The notes under the pieces were generated by a model. The model was not told the DNA's origin. It searched no databases and saw only the letters and a list, made by a program, of their open reading frames with translations. DNA of 38,716 nt from positions 1 to 38,716 of the forward strand of contig NCDS01000029.1 in the NCBI GenBank assembly GCA_002280315.1. The letters are read 5' to 3'. Source of the stretch: Rhodobacterales bacterium 32-66-7. Lineage in GTDB: Bacteria; Pseudomonadota; Alphaproteobacteria; Rhodobacterales; Rhodobacteraceae. The translations under genes were made by a program, and so were the position numbers. Positions 8,720 through 18,797 of the stretch are shown here, one piece after another (position 1 is the stretch's first letter; each line of letters begins with the position of its first letter).

Positions 8720-9756
8720 GCGCGCCCCCGTCCGGCCAGCAGCACCCAGGCCAGCCACAGCGCCCCCACCCCCCAGCCGATGGCATAGCGCATGGTCATG
8801 TCCTGCACCATTTGGCGCAGGAACCCTTCAAGCAGCGCCGCCACCAGCAGCATCACCGCAGCCACCAGTGCCAACTTCACCGCGTCCCGCCCGGCCCTTT
8901 GCAACGCCGCACGACGGCTGAGCGCACCGGGAAACAGGATCGCCGCACCCAGTTTTACGCCCCCACCGCAGGCGATGCAGATCGCCGAAAGCTCGGTCAC
9001 GCCATGCACCGACAGCCAGCCACCCATGTCCCAGCCCAACCCCCGGTCGACATGCAGCGCCATGATCGCACCGAGGCTAAGGCCGTTGTAGAAGGTCAGG
9101 ATGATCGCCGGGGCACAGAGAAACACGCCAAGGCCGAAGACAAAGATCGCGATGCGGGTGTTGTTGGAAAACAGGAAGGTCGCAAAGGCCCCCAGCCCGG
9201 TCTGGTCGGGGTTGGTGTCATAGATCACCGACCGCAGGAACCCTGTCGTCGCCTCGGGCGTGCGGCCACCGGCAAGCTCGGCGGGCATGAAAACGAAATA
9301 CCAGGCCTCGTTCTCGAAATACAGAAGGTAGCCGGTCAGCGCCCCCAGCCCCATGCAAAGATAGCCGATGGCGATGAAAAGGGCCGAGCGTCGCATGGCT
9401 TGCGGCGCGGAGGTGGTGAAGAACCGCTGCACCAGCCCGCCCAGCCGCTCTTGCGGGGCGTAGACACAAAGATAGGCCCGCGCCGTCAGCGCCTCCAGAT
9501 ACTCCAGGAGTGCGCGGTCGAGCGAGATCTCCCGCGCGATGGCCAGGGAGGTGGTGGCGCGGCGGTAGCCTGCGGCAAGGTCACGGGCGGCAGCAAACTC
9601 CATCCGGTGGAGGCCCTTCTGTTCGGCCTTGGCCACCAGCTTTTCCAGGGCCTGCCAATCCGCCTCCCGTTCGGCGCGGAAGCGGGCGGAACGGAGCAGG
9701 CCCGTACTGGCAGAAGCGGTGCTGCCAGGCGTCATGGTGCGGGCGGTCTGCGCCAT
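8716..9756 (-). CDS. SpoIIM/DUF95 family membrane protein
   Basis: RFRAEREADWQALE; LFSNNTRIA; SVHGVTELSAI; AALLEGF. Confidence 0.9.
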   Translation of the reverse strand: MAQTARTMTPGSTASASTGLLRSARFRAEREADWQALEKLVAKAEQKGLHRMEFAAARDLAAGYRRATTSLAIAREISLDRALLEYLEALTARAYLCVYAPQERLGGLVQRFFTTSAPQAMRRSALFIAIGYLCMGLGALTGYLLYFENEAWYFVFMPAELAGGRTPEATTGFLRSVIYDTNPDQTGLGAFATFLFSNNTRIAIFVFGLGVFLCAPAIILTFYNGLSLGAIMALHVDRGLGWDMGGWLSVHGVTELSAICIACGGGVKLGAAILFPGALSRRAALQRAGRDAVKLALVAAVMLLVAALLEGFLRQMVQDMTMRYAIGWGVGALWLAWVLLAGRGRA

Positions 9757-11045
9757 CAGATCAGGTCCCTCGCCTTGATATCAAGATAGGCCGACACCAG
9801 TTGCGCGGTCACCGTGCCGGGGCGAGCATCGACGATGGTGACGCCCAGCCGCACCAGCCGCTCCAAGACCAGGCGGCGGTCCTGCACCCATTGGTTGGCG
9901 GCAACCAGGGTCGCGACACCGTCAAGGTCTTCGGGCGGGTGATCGGCCATCGCCTCCAACTCCGGGTCGCGGAGGGTGACGAAGACGATCAGGTGCCGCT
10001 TTGCCAGAAGCCCGATATTCTCGATCATCAACTCGGCCGAGGTGGTGTCGACGAAATCGGTGAAGATGATGATCAGGCTGCGCTTCGGGGTGCGCGCGCC
10101 CAGTTCGGTCAGGGCGAGGGTGTGGTTCGTCTCGCGTCCGGCATAGGCAAGGCTCGCGGTCCAGCTTCGCAGCCGGGCAAAGGCAAGGCGACCGGGCTGC
10201 GGGGCAACAAAGGTCAGCGGACGCACGTCATAGGCATAGTAACCGACAAGATCGCCCCCCACCGCCGCTGCCCAGGCGATGGCCAGCGCTGCCGTCGTCG
10301 CATGATCGATCTTCGGCAGCCCGGCGATGTCTTCGCGCATGAGGTAGCCGGTATCAAGCGCCAGGATCACATGGTGGTTGCGTTCGGCCTGCAATTCGCG
10401 CGCAACCAGCGACCGGCGGCGGGCCGAGCGTTTCCAGTCGATGGTCTTCACATCCATCCCGCGGGTGAAATCACGGAGCTGGTGAAACTCCGACCCCTCG
10501 CCAATCGCGCGGTTTTCCTTGACACCGTAAAGGGTTGACATGACGGTGGTGGTGATCTGGCCCGACTGCACCGGGCGGATGTTCGGGACGATCCGAACCT
10601 CGGCCTTCGTCTTCAGGCGCGGGGTAAAGTCGAAAAGCCGCAGCCGCGATGGCCATTCCAGCCAGACCTGCCCCAGCGCCCAGACCCCGCGCCGAACCGC
10701 CCGCGCCGGAAGGGTGGCGGTGGTGCCGGTGAACCGGGCCTCAGCCGGGCCGGAAAGCCCCTCGGGCCAGTCGAAGCGGGCGATCAGGCCGGGCGGGGCG
10801 GGGGTTACGGTCAGCGTCACGGGCACCGCTTCGCTGACAAAGGCTTCGGTCGGGGCGGACAGTTCCAGCGCCTTTCGCCGCATCAGGGGCAGCGACATCG
10901 CGATATCGGCCAGCGCCAGCGCCGCAAGCACGAACCAAGGGGCCGCCGCAAGCTCACGCGCGGTCCCGCCCCAAAGGCCGACGATGACCGAAGCGCCAAG
11001 CGCCACGGCTGCCAGTTGCAGCAATCTGGGGCTTGGGCGGATCAG
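9756..11045 (-). CDS. DUF58 / vWA-like protein (start CTG 11045 or TTG 11024)
   Basis: [29 protein letters not shown]; [10 protein letters not shown]; IIFTDFVD. Confidence 0.9.
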   Translation of the reverse strand: MIRPSPRLLQLAAVALGASVIVGLWGGTARELAAAPWFVLAALALADIAMSLPLMRRKALELSAPTEAFVSEAVPVTLTVTPAPPGLIARFDWPEGLSGPAEARFTGTTATLPARAVRRGVWALGQVWLEWPSRLRLFDFTPRLKTKAEVRIVPNIRPVQSGQITTTVMSTLYGVKENRAIGEGSEFHQLRDFTRGMDVKTIDWKRSARRRSLVARELQAERNHHVILALDTGYLMREDIAGLPKIDHATTAALAIAWAAAVGGDLVGYYAYDVRPLTFVAPQPGRLAFARLRSWTASLAYAGRETNHTLALTELGARTPKRSLIIIFTDFVDTTSAELMIENIGLLAKRHLIVFVTLRDPELEAMADHPPEDLDGVATLVAANQWVQDRRLVLERLVRLGVTIVDARPGTVTAQLVSAYLDIKARDLI

Positions 11046-11998
11046 CGCGGGGCCTCGATCTGGTTGAGGATGTTGTCAAGGACGGTCTGGGCATTGCGCC
11101 CCTCGATCTCGGCGGTGGGGCCAAGCACGATCCGGTGACGAAGCGCCGGCACGAACAGCCGCTTCACATCATCCGGGATCGCAAAATCCCGCCCGCTCAG
11201 CGCCGCGAGCGCCCGCGCCGCCCGCGCCACCGCATCCGCCGCGCGGGTCGATGCACCATGCGAGATCTCGGGATTGGTCCGCGTCGCGCGCACAAGGCGC
11301 AGGATATAAGCCAGGATGTCGTCCTTGAGGATGATCCCGTCGATCAGCGCCCGGCTTTCGGCCAGGGCTGCCGCATCAAGCACCTTGGCAAACCCCGCCG
11401 TTTCATGCCCGGCCTCGATCGGTTGGGCGGCGTGCTGCTTCAGGATCGCCATCTCGACCACCTCGGGCGGAAACTCGATCCCGATCTTGAAGAGGAAGCG
11501 GTCAAGCTGCGCCTCGGGCAAGGGGTAGGTACCTTGCTGTTCAATCGGGTTCTGCGTCGCGATGACGATGAAATCGCTGCCAAGCGCATGGTCGGTGCCG
11601 TCGATGCTGACCGTTCGTTCATTCATCGCCTGAAGGAGGGCGGCCTGGGTCTTTGGCGGGGCACGGTTGATCTCATCCGCCAAGAGCACCTGGGCGAAGA
11701 CCGGGCCTTTGGTCAGCACAAACGCGTTGGTCTGGAAGTTGAAGATCGAGGTGCCAAGGATATCCCCCGGCATCAGGTCCGGCGTGAACTGGACCCGCCC
11801 GAACTCCAGCGCAAGCGAGGCGGCAAAACTGCGGGCGAGGAGGGTCTTGGCGGTGCCGGGCGGCCCCTCCAGGAGCACATGGCCGCGCGCGAACAGGGCC
11901 ACCAGCAAAAGGTCGACCGCGTCCTCCTGGCCAAGGACGGTGCGGCCGATCTCGGCGCGAAGCGCATCGGCGCGGCTTTGCAGGGTCTCAAGTGTCAT
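11042..11998 (-). CDS. MoxR family AAA+ ATPase
   Basis: [14 protein letters not shown] (Walker A), [55 protein letters not shown]. Start is ATG 11998. Confidence 0.95.
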   Translation of the reverse strand: MTLETLQSRADALRAEIGRTVLGQEDAVDLLLVALFARGHVLLEGPPGTAKTLLARSFAASLALEFGRVQFTPDLMPGDILGTSIFNFQTNAFVLTKGPVFAQVLLADEINRAPPKTQAALLQAMNERTVSIDGTDHALGSDFIVIATQNPIEQQGTYPLPEAQLDRFLFKIGIEFPPEVVEMAILKQHAAQPIEAGHETAGFAKVLDAAALAESRALIDGIILKDDILAYILRLVRATRTNPEISHGASTRAADAVARAARALAALSGRDFAIPDDVKRLFVPALRHRIVLGPTAEIEGRNAQTVLDNILNQIEAPR

Positions 11999-13217
11999 GG
12001 GCAATCCGCTCCAATATCTGTTCAAGATCTTCGACATGTCCGATGGCCGCCGCAACCGGCACATGCGCGGGAAGGGCGTGGAGGGCCGCCAGCACCGCCT
12101 CCAGCCGCTCGGCCAGATCGGCGCGGCGGCGGGCGACATGGCGAAGGAAGGCGCGTTCCTCGCCGATCTGGCGGGCATGGCCGGGGCCGACGAGGCGGGC
12201 GGCGGTCGCTGCAATCCGCGCGGCGGCATAATCGGCCAGAAGCGCCCCATCCTGCCCGGTCAGCCGCATCAGCCGCGCCCGCGCCCGGATCGCTTGCAGC
12301 TTGTCCAGCGCAGTCGTGGGCGTGCCCTGCACCGGCCCGGCCCGGCGCAACGACCGCCACAGGGTCAGCGCCAGCATCAGCCCGGCCCCGATCCACAACA
12401 CCCGGAACGGCGGTTCCAGAAAGCGCAGAAGGTCGGCCCAGGTCCGATCCCGCCTGACCGAGGTCAGGGCCGTGGCAAACCAGTTGTCACGACTGTAATC
12501 GATCAGCACGACGTCATCGCCTGCGGTCGACAGCAGGAAATCCCGGGCAATCGCTGCATTCTGTCCCAGACGCAGGCCATGGTTGTTCAGAAGGTCGGGG
12601 TCCGACAGGATGAACACCGACCGGGCAGAGTTCCGCAAGGGGCAGGACGCCAGCAGCGTCGCCGCCCCCGACCCGATGACCGGCGTGCAGGCAGAGCCGT
12701 CGAACAGTTGTGCGGCATAGATCGCGGTGGAAAGCTCCGCCCCGGTGCTGGCCTTGTAGGGCAAGGCGGCAAAAACCTCAGGGCTGCGGCTGATGCGGAT
12801 GCCGGGATCGCCGGTCAGCCGCAGCAACAGCGCGTCCAGCCGCGTGGTATCGACCAGAAGGACGGGATGGGCGATGCCGGTCAGGCGCATCCCGCTGCGC
12901 CATTTCGGCAGCACGATCGGCGTCGGCACCCGGGCAAGCTTGCCCTCGATCTCGCGCCATTCGAGGTCGTTCTCGTCTTGCTGAAACAGCAATTCCTCGG
13001 TGGTAAGGGCCGGGGTCAGGTCGCGGTCCGGCACCGTGTCGTGCAGCGGCAGGACCAGAACGCCGATGCTGGCCGGATCAAGATTCCAGCCGCCGGAAAA
13101 GCCCTGCGCGCTGCCCCCTTCGGCGGTCAGCCAAAGTTGCAAGCCATCCATGCCGACGGGCGAGGCGCGCAGTTCCTGTTGCCTCTGCGACAGAAGGTAG
13201 GCGAGCGCGGCCAAGGC
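11988..13217 (-). CDS. DUF4350-like membrane-anchored protein (N-terminus apparently lost; fused in frame to the upstream gene)
   Basis: [24 protein letters not shown], and a C-terminal TM followed by [10 protein letters not shown]; occupies the usual position upstream of moxR. Confidence 0.7.
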   Translation of the reverse strand, partial: ALAALAYLLSQRQQELRASPVGMDGLQLWLTAEGGSAQGFSGGWNLDPASIGVLVLPLHDTVPDRDLTPALTTEELLFQQDENDLEWREIEGKLARVPTPIVLPKWRSGMRLTGIAHPVLLVDTTRLDALLLRLTGDPGIRISRSPEVFAALPYKASTGAELSTAIYAAQLFDGSACTPVIGSGAATLLASCPLRNSARSVFILSDPDLLNNHGLRLGQNAAIARDFLLSTAGDDVVLIDYSRDNWFATALTSVRRDRTWADLLRFLEPPFRVLWIGAGLMLALTLWRSLRRAGPVQGTPTTALDKLQAIRARARLMRLTGQDGALLADYAAARIAATAARLVGPGHARQIGEERAFLRHVARRRADLAERLEAVLAALHALPAHVPVAAAIGHVEDLEQILERIAHDT

Positions 13218-13796
13218 CGGCGGGATGTGGCGCAGCGCATCGCGCAGGGTCCAGCTTGGCTGCAACAGGACGCCATTCGCGGTGACAGTCCGCGCCAGGG
13301 CGGCTTGCGCCAGAAGGACCAGCGCGCGCCGCCGGTCCGGGGTGGCAAGGATCGCGGCCAGGTCAGCCGGGGTTGCAGCCGCCCCGAACGCCCCGGCAGC
13401 AGCGGCCTTGCGCGCGCGGGCCGGGTTCTGCGCATCCCCGCGCAGCGACACGGTGAAGCTGCCCGAGACGCGAAAGATCAGGATCAGAAGGCCGATCAGC
13501 AACACGCCCGCCACCACGATCACGACGATCCGCCCGGTCGAAAGGCTTTCCAGTGTCACCCCTTCGCCCGGCTTTGGCGGGGGTGGCGGTGGCGACTGGT
13601 TCGTCTCCAGCTTCGGGGCGGCGGCGGTCGGGTCATAATAGCCGACATCCGTCTCGATACCACGGTAGCGGATGGCGTCCAGATAAGCCTCGCCGCTGGG
13701 ACCGATCTTTAACGCCTGCGGCTGGGCCTCTTGCGCCGCGCCTTGGCACGGGCAGAGGCCAAGGAAAATCACCAGGGACAACATCGACAGGCGCAT
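13218..13796 (-). CDS. DUF4129-like exported/membrane protein (C-terminus apparently lost)
   Basis: Signal peptide, Pro-rich linker, TM helix, then LVLLAQAAL...LQPSWTLRDALRHIP, followed by an abrupt switch to DUF4350-like sequence. Confidence 0.6.
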
Positions 13797-13888
13797 GCGG
13801 CGAGAGATAAAGGAACGCCCGGCTTGCAGCAAACAAAACCATGCTGCGCGAAGGCGTGACGACCGCCCGCGCCGGTTATTGCGGCAGG

Positions 13889-14725
13889 TCAGACCCGGCC
13901 GGACGCACCCAGACCGCTGATCACGGCACGGGTGGCCAGCGTCACCGGCCCTTCGGTCGCGCGCAAAAGCGCCAGCCGGTCGAAATTGGCGCGATCCGCA
14001 AGCAAGGCCTGGCGCAGCGCCACGCCAAAGGCCATCCGCAGCTCGGTCCCGATGTTCATCTTGGCCACCCGCATCGTCGCGACCATGCCGCGCTGTTCCG
14101 GCGGAATGCCCGAGCCGCCATGCAGCACCAGCGCCGTTTCGGTGCGCGCCGCAATCGCACCCAGCCGCTCAAGGTCGATGCCGTTGCCGGGCGTTTCCTG
14201 CAGGTGGACATTGCCGACCGACACCGCCATCGCATCGATGCCGGTCTCGCGTGCAAAGCGCGCCGCCTCTTCCGGGTCGGTCCCGGCCGAGCCTTCGCCG
14301 CCCGCATAGCCGACAAAGCCGATCTCACCCTCACACGAGGCACCGGCGGCATGCGCCAGTTCGGCCACCGCCGCCGTCGCCTCGATATTCGCCGCAAGCC
14401 GGAGCCGCGAGCCGTCGAACATGACCGAGGTGAAGCCCGCGTCCAGCGCCTGACGGCATTCCTCAAACGACGCGCCATGGTCGAGATGCACAACCACCGG
14501 AACCGAGGCCGCCTCGGCCAGATGCCGCAGCATCCGACCCAAAAGCGGCAGGGGCGTGTGCGCGCGGCAGCCTGGCCCCGCCTGCAGGATCACCGGCGCG
14601 CGCTCCGCCTCGGCGGCGGCGACATAGGCGCGCATATCCTCCCACCCCAGGCAGACAAGGCCCGGCACGGCGTAACCGTCCTTCAGCGCCGGTTGCAGGA
14701 CCTGGGCAAGCGTGGCGACGGTCAT
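13889..14725 (-). CDS. Class II fructose-bisphosphate aldolase family (probable IolJ-like KDG-6-P aldolase)
   Basis: VVVHLDHG, GFTSVMFDGS, EGEIGFVG, AVSVGNVH, LVLHGGSG; coupled to iolB by an ATGA overlap. Confidence 0.9.
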   Translation of the reverse strand: MTVATLAQVLQPALKDGYAVPGLVCLGWEDMRAYVAAAEAERAPVILQAGPGCRAHTPLPLLGRMLRHLAEAASVPVVVHLDHGASFEECRQALDAGFTSVMFDGSRLRLAANIEATAAVAELAHAAGASCEGEIGFVGYAGGEGSAGTDPEEAARFARETGIDAMAVSVGNVHLQETPGNGIDLERLGAIAARTETALVLHGGSGIPPEQRGMVATMRVAKMNIGTELRMAFGVALRQALLADRANFDRLALLRATEGPVTLATRAVISGLGASGRV

Positions 14726-15561
14726 CTGAACTTGGCCACCATGTCGAGGATGCCCGGGATGGTCTGCACCTGTGCGGCATGGGTCGGCTGGAAATACTGC
14801 TTCAGGCTGCGCTGGCTTTGGCCGCCAAGGATGGTGAAGTAATACATCTCATAGCCGGGCAGGACGCAGCAGGGGTGATAACCCTTGTCGATCAGCACGG
14901 TTGAGCGGTTCATGATGTGATAAGCCTCCCCCGGTTCATTATCGACGCGCTGCAGCATCTGAAGGCCCGAGCCATGGTCGGGCCGGAAGCGGAAGTTGTA
15001 GCATTCGTCATGCCGGGTCTCATCCGGCAGGCGGTCGGTGTCGTGCTTGTGGCTGGGAAAGCCGGACCAGCCGCCAGCGCCCACGGTATACAGCTCGGAC
15101 ACCAGCAGGCGCCCGACGCGGTCATGGTAGGCGGACCCCAGGATATGCTTGATCTTGCGGTGCGTCTTGGTGTCGTCCGAGCCGTATTGCACCTTGTCGA
15201 TATCCGCCGCCCGCACCGCGAAGGGGCGCAGCGTTTCGGCGAACTTGGCACCGGCGATGAACACCTCGGTGTCGGTCAGCGCGGTGATCCGGCAACCGCA
15301 GTCGGTCGGGACATAGACGCCCTCAGGCTCGCCATCCCAGACATCGGTGCCACGCTGGCCGATCTCGGCAAAGGTTTGGCCGGTGGTTTCAACCGTCACC
15401 GTCCCGGTGGCGGGAACCACGCAAGTCTCATACCCCGGGGTGCGGTAGTCGAACCCCTCGCCTGCCCTGAGGCGGACGATGTTGAAATAGACCAGCGGCA
15501 CCAGCGGGTCGTTCAGATCGACGATGGCGCGGTTTCGGTTGTCGTGCGGGGCGATATGCAT
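14722..15561 (-). CDS. iolB: 5-deoxy-glucuronate isomerase
   Basis: GRLLVSELYTVGAGGWSGFPSHKHD, KGYHPC...PGYEMYY. Start is ATG 15561. Confidence 0.9.
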   Translation of the reverse strand: MHIAPHDNRNRAIVDLNDPLVPLVYFNIVRLRAGEGFDYRTPGYETCVVPATGTVTVETTGQTFAEIGQRGTDVWDGEPEGVYVPTDCGCRITALTDTEVFIAGAKFAETLRPFAVRAADIDKVQYGSDDTKTHRKIKHILGSAYHDRVGRLLVSELYTVGAGGWSGFPSHKHDTDRLPDETRHDECYNFRFRPDHGSGLQMLQRVDNEPGEAYHIMNRSTVLIDKGYHPCCVLPGYEMYYFTILGGQSQRSLKQYFQPTHAAQVQTIPGILDMVAKFR

Positions 15562-15586
15562 GGCGGTCCTGTGCGTTCTTGACGGA

Positions 15587-16564
15587 TTACCTAGTCGGGC
15601 CGGGGTGGTTGGCAAGAAAGGCGTCAAGTTCGGCCAGGGTGGGCATCGCCGGGGCGCAGCCGACGCGGGCCACCACCATCGCAGCCGCGGCCGATCCGCG
15701 CCGGACCGCGCTTTCGACCGGCTGACCCCTGCCGAGCGCGGCGATGAACGCGCCAAGAAAGCTGTCCCCCGCGCCGGTCGGCTTCAGCGCCTGGGTCGGG
15801 TAGATGCCGGTCGCACCCTCACCTTCCGGGGTGATCGTGACCGCGCCGCGTTCGCCCATCTTGTAGACGACGATCCGCGCACCTTCACCGATCAGGCTGC
15901 GGGCTTTTGCCAGACCCTGCGACGGGTCGCCCGCCATGAACCCGAACTCCTCCTCATTGCCGACGATCACGTCGCACAGGGCGGCGGCGCGGGAATAGGT
16001 CTCGGCAGCCACGGCGGCAGAGGGCCAGGAATACGGCCGGTAATCGACATCGAAGATCAGCGGCAGGCCAGCGGCACGGGCCAGCGCGAAGGCGTGGAAG
16101 GCGGCACTGCGCGACGGCTGTGCCGCGAGGACGGTTCCGGTGGTGATCAGGGCGGCGAAACCGGGATAGTCCACGCTTTCGACATCCGCGCGGGTCATCG
16201 CGAAATCGGCGGCGTTGTTGCGGTAGATCACCGACTGGCAGTCGTTTACCCGCGTCTCAACCACGGCGAGCGAATTGCGCACCTCGCCGCCCACAGCGCG
16301 CACATGGGTGCGGTCGATGCCGTAGGCGTCCAGCTGCGCCAGACAGAACCGCCCCACGGCATCATCCGAAACGCAGCCCAGCAGCGCCGCCTGCGCCCCC
16401 TGCCGGGTCAAGGCCACGGCGATATTCGCCGATGACCCGCCAAGCGCGGTCGTGAAGCGGGTCGCATCCTCAACCCTCGTGCCGGGGGGATCGGCGTAAA
16501 GGTCCATCCCGGCCCGGCCGATCACCAGAAAGCGCCCTTTGGCAAGGCGGGCAAGGTCGGCCAT
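15587..16564 (-). CDS. iolC: 5-dehydro-2-deoxygluconokinase (PfkB family)
   Basis: IGRAGMDLY, LGGSSANIAV, FDVDYRPYSW, GNEEEF, GAGDSF. Start is ATG 16564. Confidence 0.92.
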   Translation of the reverse strand: MADLARLAKGRFLVIGRAGMDLYADPPGTRVEDATRFTTALGGSSANIAVALTRQGAQAALLGCVSDDAVGRFCLAQLDAYGIDRTHVRAVGGEVRNSLAVVETRVNDCQSVIYRNNAADFAMTRADVESVDYPGFAALITTGTVLAAQPSRSAAFHAFALARAAGLPLIFDVDYRPYSWPSAAVAAETYSRAAALCDVIVGNEEEFGFMAGDPSQGLAKARSLIGEGARIVVYKMGERGAVTITPEGEGATGIYPTQALKPTGAGDSFLGAFIAALGRGQPVESAVRRGSAAAAMVVARVGCAPAMPTLAELDAFLANHPGPTR

Positions 16565-16711
16565 CAGACGGGTCCGTTCCCGCCCGGCCGGAAACCGGCG
16601 GCACGGCAGAAGTGAAACCTGGACCTCATCAGCATCGCTTGCCCTTCTGCGGTCGCTTTGGCAGCATGCGGAAACGCCGCTTGCGCGGGCTGCGGGCGAA
16701 GGATACAGCTT

Positions 16712-16727
16712 TTGCAACCGGTTGCAA
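16712..16727. promoter_or_regulatory. LacI-type operator between the divergent iol operons
   Basis: Perfect 16-bp palindrome TTGCAACCGGTTGCAA; a LacI gene lies at the end of the cluster. Confidence 0.7.
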
Positions 16728-16775
16728 CGGCCATGCCCGAAGACCGACGCGGCAACCGGTGCGGGGGAGACGGCA

Positions 16776-17891
16776 GTGGCGGACATCGGGATCGGGCTGG
16801 TCGGCGGCGGCTACATGGGCAAGGCGCATGCCGTGGCCCTGTCGGCGGTCGGCGCGGTGTTCGACACCCCCCTCCGCCCACGGTTGGAGGTGATTGCCGC
16901 GACCTCCCACGCCTCGGCCCAGCGCTATGCCACGGCCTACGGCTTTGCCCGGGCGGCGATGGACTGGCAGGACCTCGTGGCCGATCCGAAGGTGCAGGCG
17001 GTGGTCATCGCCTCACCCCAGTCCACCCACCGCGCGATTGCCGAAGCCGCCTTTGCCGCCGGAAAGCCGGTGTTCTGCGAAAAGCCCCTCGGCGCGTCGC
17101 TGGAGGATGCGCAGGCGATGGTCGCGGCGGCCGAGGCGTCGGGATTGCCGAACATGATCGGCTTCAATTACGTCCGCACCCCCGCGACGCAATTCGTCCG
17201 CCAGCTGCTGGCCGATGGAGCCATCGGCCGCGTCACCTGGTTTCGCGGCGAACATACCGAGGATTTTCTGGCCGACCCCACCCTCCCCGCCAACTGGCGC
17301 ACCACGGGGCGGGCGACGGGCTGCATGGGCGACCTCTCGCCCCATCCGATCAACTGCATGCTGGCGCTGATGGGGCCGGTGGCCGAACTTTCCGCCCGGA
17401 TCGAGACGGTTCATGCCACCCGCCCCGGTCCCGCTGGCCCGGTGGCGGTGACGAATGACGACCATGCCCAGATCATGCTGCGCTTTGCCAAAGGGCCGAT
17501 GGGGCATCTTTACATCAGCCGCACCGCGACGGGGCGGAAGATGGGTTACGCCTATGAGATTCACGGCACCAAAGGCTCGATCAGGTTCGATCAGGAGGAT
17601 CAGAACGCCGTCCACCTTTACCGTGCCGAGGGGCCCGAGGCGACGCGCGGCTATACCCGCATCCTGACCGGGCCGGCGCATCCAGACTACGGCGCCTTCT
17701 GCCAGGGGCCGGGCCATGGCACCGGTTATCAGGATCAGATCATCATCGAGGCGCGGGATTTCCTGGCCGCCATCCACACCGCTCAGCCGGTCTGGCCCAC
17801 CTTCCGCGACGGGCTTGCCGTTTCGCAGATCATCGACATAGCCTTTCAGGCCAATGCCAGCGGCCGCTGGCTGGCCGTTCCGCAAACGTGA
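16776..17891 (+). CDS. Gfo/Idh/MocA oxidoreductase (inositol dehydrogenase-like)
   Basis: GTG start after GGAG; GIGLVGGGYMGKAH, FCEKPLG, GPGHGTGYQD. Confidence 0.9.
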   Translation: MADIGIGLVGGGYMGKAHAVALSAVGAVFDTPLRPRLEVIAATSHASAQRYATAYGFARAAMDWQDLVADPKVQAVVIASPQSTHRAIAEAAFAAGKPVFCEKPLGASLEDAQAMVAAAEASGLPNMIGFNYVRTPATQFVRQLLADGAIGRVTWFRGEHTEDFLADPTLPANWRTTGRATGCMGDLSPHPINCMLALMGPVAELSARIETVHATRPGPAGPVAVTNDDHAQIMLRFAKGPMGHLYISRTATGRKMGYAYEIHGTKGSIRFDQEDQNAVHLYRAEGPEATRGYTRILTGPAHPDYGAFCQGPGHGTGYQDQIIIEARDFLAAIHTAQPVWPTFRDGLAVSQIIDIAFQANASGRWLAVPQT

Positions 17892-17898
17892 GGAAACC

Positions 17899-18789
17899 AT
17901 GACCATTCATATCGGCAATGCGCCCTGCTCCTGGGGTGTGGAATTCGCAGGCGATCCGCGCAACCCCCCGTGGCGGCAGGTCCTGTCGGACTGCGCGGCG
18001 GCGGGCTACAAGGGGATCGAGCTTGGCCCGATCGGCTTCATGCCGGAGGACCCCGCTGTGCTGGGCGCGGCACTCGCCGAAACCGGGTTGGAACTGATCG
18101 GCGGCGTGATCTTCCGCGCGTTCCATGACCCGGCGAAGTGGGATGAGGTGATGGACGCCTCGGTCCGCACCTGCAAGGCGCTGGTGGCGCATGGCGCGCA
18201 GCATCTGGTGCTGATCGATTCGATCTCGCCCCGCCGCGCGCCGACCGCCGGTCGCGCGGACGCAGCCGAACAGATGGACCCCGCCGAATGGGCCGCCTTC
18301 CGCGACCGCATCGCCACGGTGGCGCGGATGGGGGCCGAGGAGTACGGCCTGACCGTCGGCATCCACGCCCATGCCGGCGGTTTCATCGACTTCGAGCCGG
18401 AGCTGGAGCGGCTTCTGAATGAGGTTGACGAGAGCATCCTGAAAATCTGCTTCGACACCGGCCACCATTCCTATGCGGGCTTCGATCCGGTGGCCTTCAT
18501 GCGCAGGCACATCGGACGCATCTCCTACATGCATTTCAAGGATATCGACCCGGTGGTGAAGGCCCGCGCCATTGCCAATGGCACCGGCTTCTATGACGCC
18601 TGCGGGCAGGGCATCTTCTGCAACCTTGGTCAGGGCGACGTGGATTTTCCCGCCGTGCGGCAGATCCTGCTGGATGCGGGGTTCCAGGGCTGGTGCACCG
18701 TCGAGCAGGACTGCGACCCGACGCTGGATGTCAGCCCCATCGATGACGCGCGGAAGAACCGCGACTACCTTTCCTCCATCGGGTTCTGA
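17899..18789 (+). CDS. IolE-like sugar-phosphate isomerase/epimerase (inosose dehydratase family)
   Basis: GNAPCSWGVEF, GIELGP, HAHAG, CFDTGH, YMHFKD, TVEQD. Confidence 0.88.
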   Translation: MTIHIGNAPCSWGVEFAGDPRNPPWRQVLSDCAAAGYKGIELGPIGFMPEDPAVLGAALAETGLELIGGVIFRAFHDPAKWDEVMDASVRTCKALVAHGAQHLVLIDSISPRRAPTAGRADAAEQMDPAEWAAFRDRIATVARMGAEEYGLTVGIHAHAGGFIDFEPELERLLNEVDESILKICFDTGHHSYAGFDPVAFMRRHIGRISYMHFKDIDPVVKARAIANGTGFYDACGQGIFCNLGQGDVDFPAVRQILLDAGFQGWCTVEQDCDPTLDVSPIDDARKNRDYLSSIGF

Positions 18790-18797
18790 GGGGCAGC

